Of a stretch of 64,000 nucleotides of DNA, positions 62,967-64,000 are shown one piece after another. The position numbers and the translations under genes are program-made. The DNA comes from Thermoanaerobaculia bacterium (GTDB lineage: Bacteria > Acidobacteriota > Thermoanaerobaculia > Multivoradales > Multivoraceae): assembly GCA_963664405.1 (NCBI GenBank), contig OY761158.1:2560001-2624000 (forward strand). The letters are read 5' to 3'. The notes under the pieces are model-generated. The model was not told the DNA's origin, did no database searches, and saw only the letters and a program-made list of their open reading frames with translations. Within the stretch, counting starts at the first letter, position 1. Each line of letters begins with the position of its first letter.

Positions 62967-63539
62967 CTAGGCGGGGAGCTCCCCGATAAGCTCGAACCAA
63001 ACCTGGATCTTGCCCTGGTGGACGAGGAACATACTGGTGTTTGGCACATCGACCTGAGGGCCCTGGGCGTTGGTCCAGTTATCTCGACGCTGGTGGATGA
63101 CCACGTGTCCGAGCGCCTCTTCGCGCGTGATCATCAGCTTCTGATCCGTGTTGTCAAAGCAGCACGACTCCAGCGTCTCCATGATCGCCGTCCGGCCCTT
63201 CACCTCTTTTCGGGCCCACTCCCCGCTGGTGGCCGCGTCCCCGTGGGTCCAGAATCGGGCGTCCTCGGCGAGGAGGCTGGAGACCCGATCCCAGTCGCCC
63301 GCCTCCATCGCCTTGGTGAAGTCGCGCGTGGTCTGTATATGCGCCTTCTCGTCCGCCGTCGAGGTGGCGCCGGGTTCCGGCGCCGTCAGGGCGGCGCGCG
63401 CCGACCGCGGCAGGAAAGCCGCCGCAGCGATTCCCAAGGAGGTCGATGCCAGCAGACGACGGCGATCGACGAGTTGTCGCGACTCGCGGACGAGGCGTGG
63501 TGCCTCGGGTGTCTCTCTCATGTCCAGTGTCTCCCTCAT
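62967..63539 (-). CDS. Limonene-1,2-epoxide hydrolase/SnoaL-like protein with Tat signal
   Basis: DRRRLL signal; VKGRTAI, VIHQRRDNW, FLVHQGKIQVW. Confidence 0.7.
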   Translation of the reverse strand: MRETLDMRETPEAPRLVRESRQLVDRRRLLASTSLGIAAAAFLPRSARAALTAPEPGATSTADEKAHIQTTRDFTKAMEAGDWDRVSSLLAEDARFWTHGDAATSGEWARKEVKGRTAIMETLESCCFDNTDQKLMITREEALGHVVIHQRRDNWTNAQGPQVDVPNTSMFLVHQGKIQVWFELIGELPA

Positions 63540-63578
63540 GTCTAGATTTATCCGAACTCACATCCTTGACGCCTGCAC

Positions 63579-64000
63579 TCACTTCTTTCGCTGCCAGAAC
63601 AGATCGTACTCGGTCTCCCAGGTCTTGCCCCCGTCGGACGAAAGCAGCGATAGCTCGCGGATCCGACCGTCGGGCAGGTTGAAGTAACTGAAGCGGGCCG
63701 TCGTCCCCTTCGCTAGCGGCTCCTTGGTGACGAAGCGTAATTCGTTGCCAACCATCTTTCCGTCGTCGAAGAGCGCGCGCTGTGTCCGCCACGGGGGATT
63801 CTCAGCCCACCAAGTCTCCGGGCCTGGCCTCGTCGACGCCGCGAAATACCTCCAGTCCTTTTGTTCGCGGCGGTAGGCCATGATGGCCAAGACATCTACA
63901 TTGCCCTCGGCGATACCCTTCCACGTCTCCACCAGGTAACAGCCCTCGGGACCTAGCTCCCAGAGGACTTCGGAAAGAAGCGTGCCGTCGCCTTGGTTGA
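63579..64000 (-). CDS. Hypothetical protein (3' part), paralog of 62427-62906
   Basis: GPEGCYLVETW...SSDGGKTWETEYDLFWQRKK. Confidence 0.7.
   Translation of the reverse strand, partial: NQGDGTLLSEVLWELGPEGCYLVETWKGIAEGNVDVLAIMAYRREQKDWRYFAASTRPGPETWWAENPPWRTQRALFDDGKMVGNELRFVTKEPLAKGTTARFSYFNLPDGRIRELSLLSSDGGKTWETEYDLFWQRKK

Noticed and set aside
1-64000. tRNA (including tRNA-Sec) or rRNA genes
   Set aside because: None recognised; Sec machinery must lie outside the window if the selenoprotein calls are right

Overview
GC-rich bacterial accessory region. The host is plausibly Acidobacteriota/Thermoanaerobaculia-like, an inference from gene content. It is a mosaic of catabolic and secreted-protein genes: three DUF3604/PHP-type proteins, iorAB-like Mo enzyme, a sugar ABC transporter with GH172 and GH32, PhoD, and an acoABC-like operon. 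It also holds five complete type II toxin-antitoxin modules and many mobile elements: four IS6 copies, an IS110/IS1111-group element, an IS481-like element, IS3 and IS5 remnants, an ORF-less group II intron, and phage/plasmid scraps. Highlights missed by the ORF track: (1) a probable exported beta-barrel-like selenoprotein with an in-frame U-S-G-U (UxxU) motif heading an operon with a YHS-TlpA redoxin and a DUF3604 protein; (2) a second probable selenoprotein, peroxiredoxin-like with W-U-P-P-C; (3) a dispersed REP-like repeat whose conserved core is hit by two different RNA-programmed elements, the IS1111-type element (target guide segments readable in its non-coding end) and the group II intron (EBS1 complementary to the repeat), 3 nt apart. 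Many single frameshifts probably reflect long-read indel errors rather than true pseudogenes.
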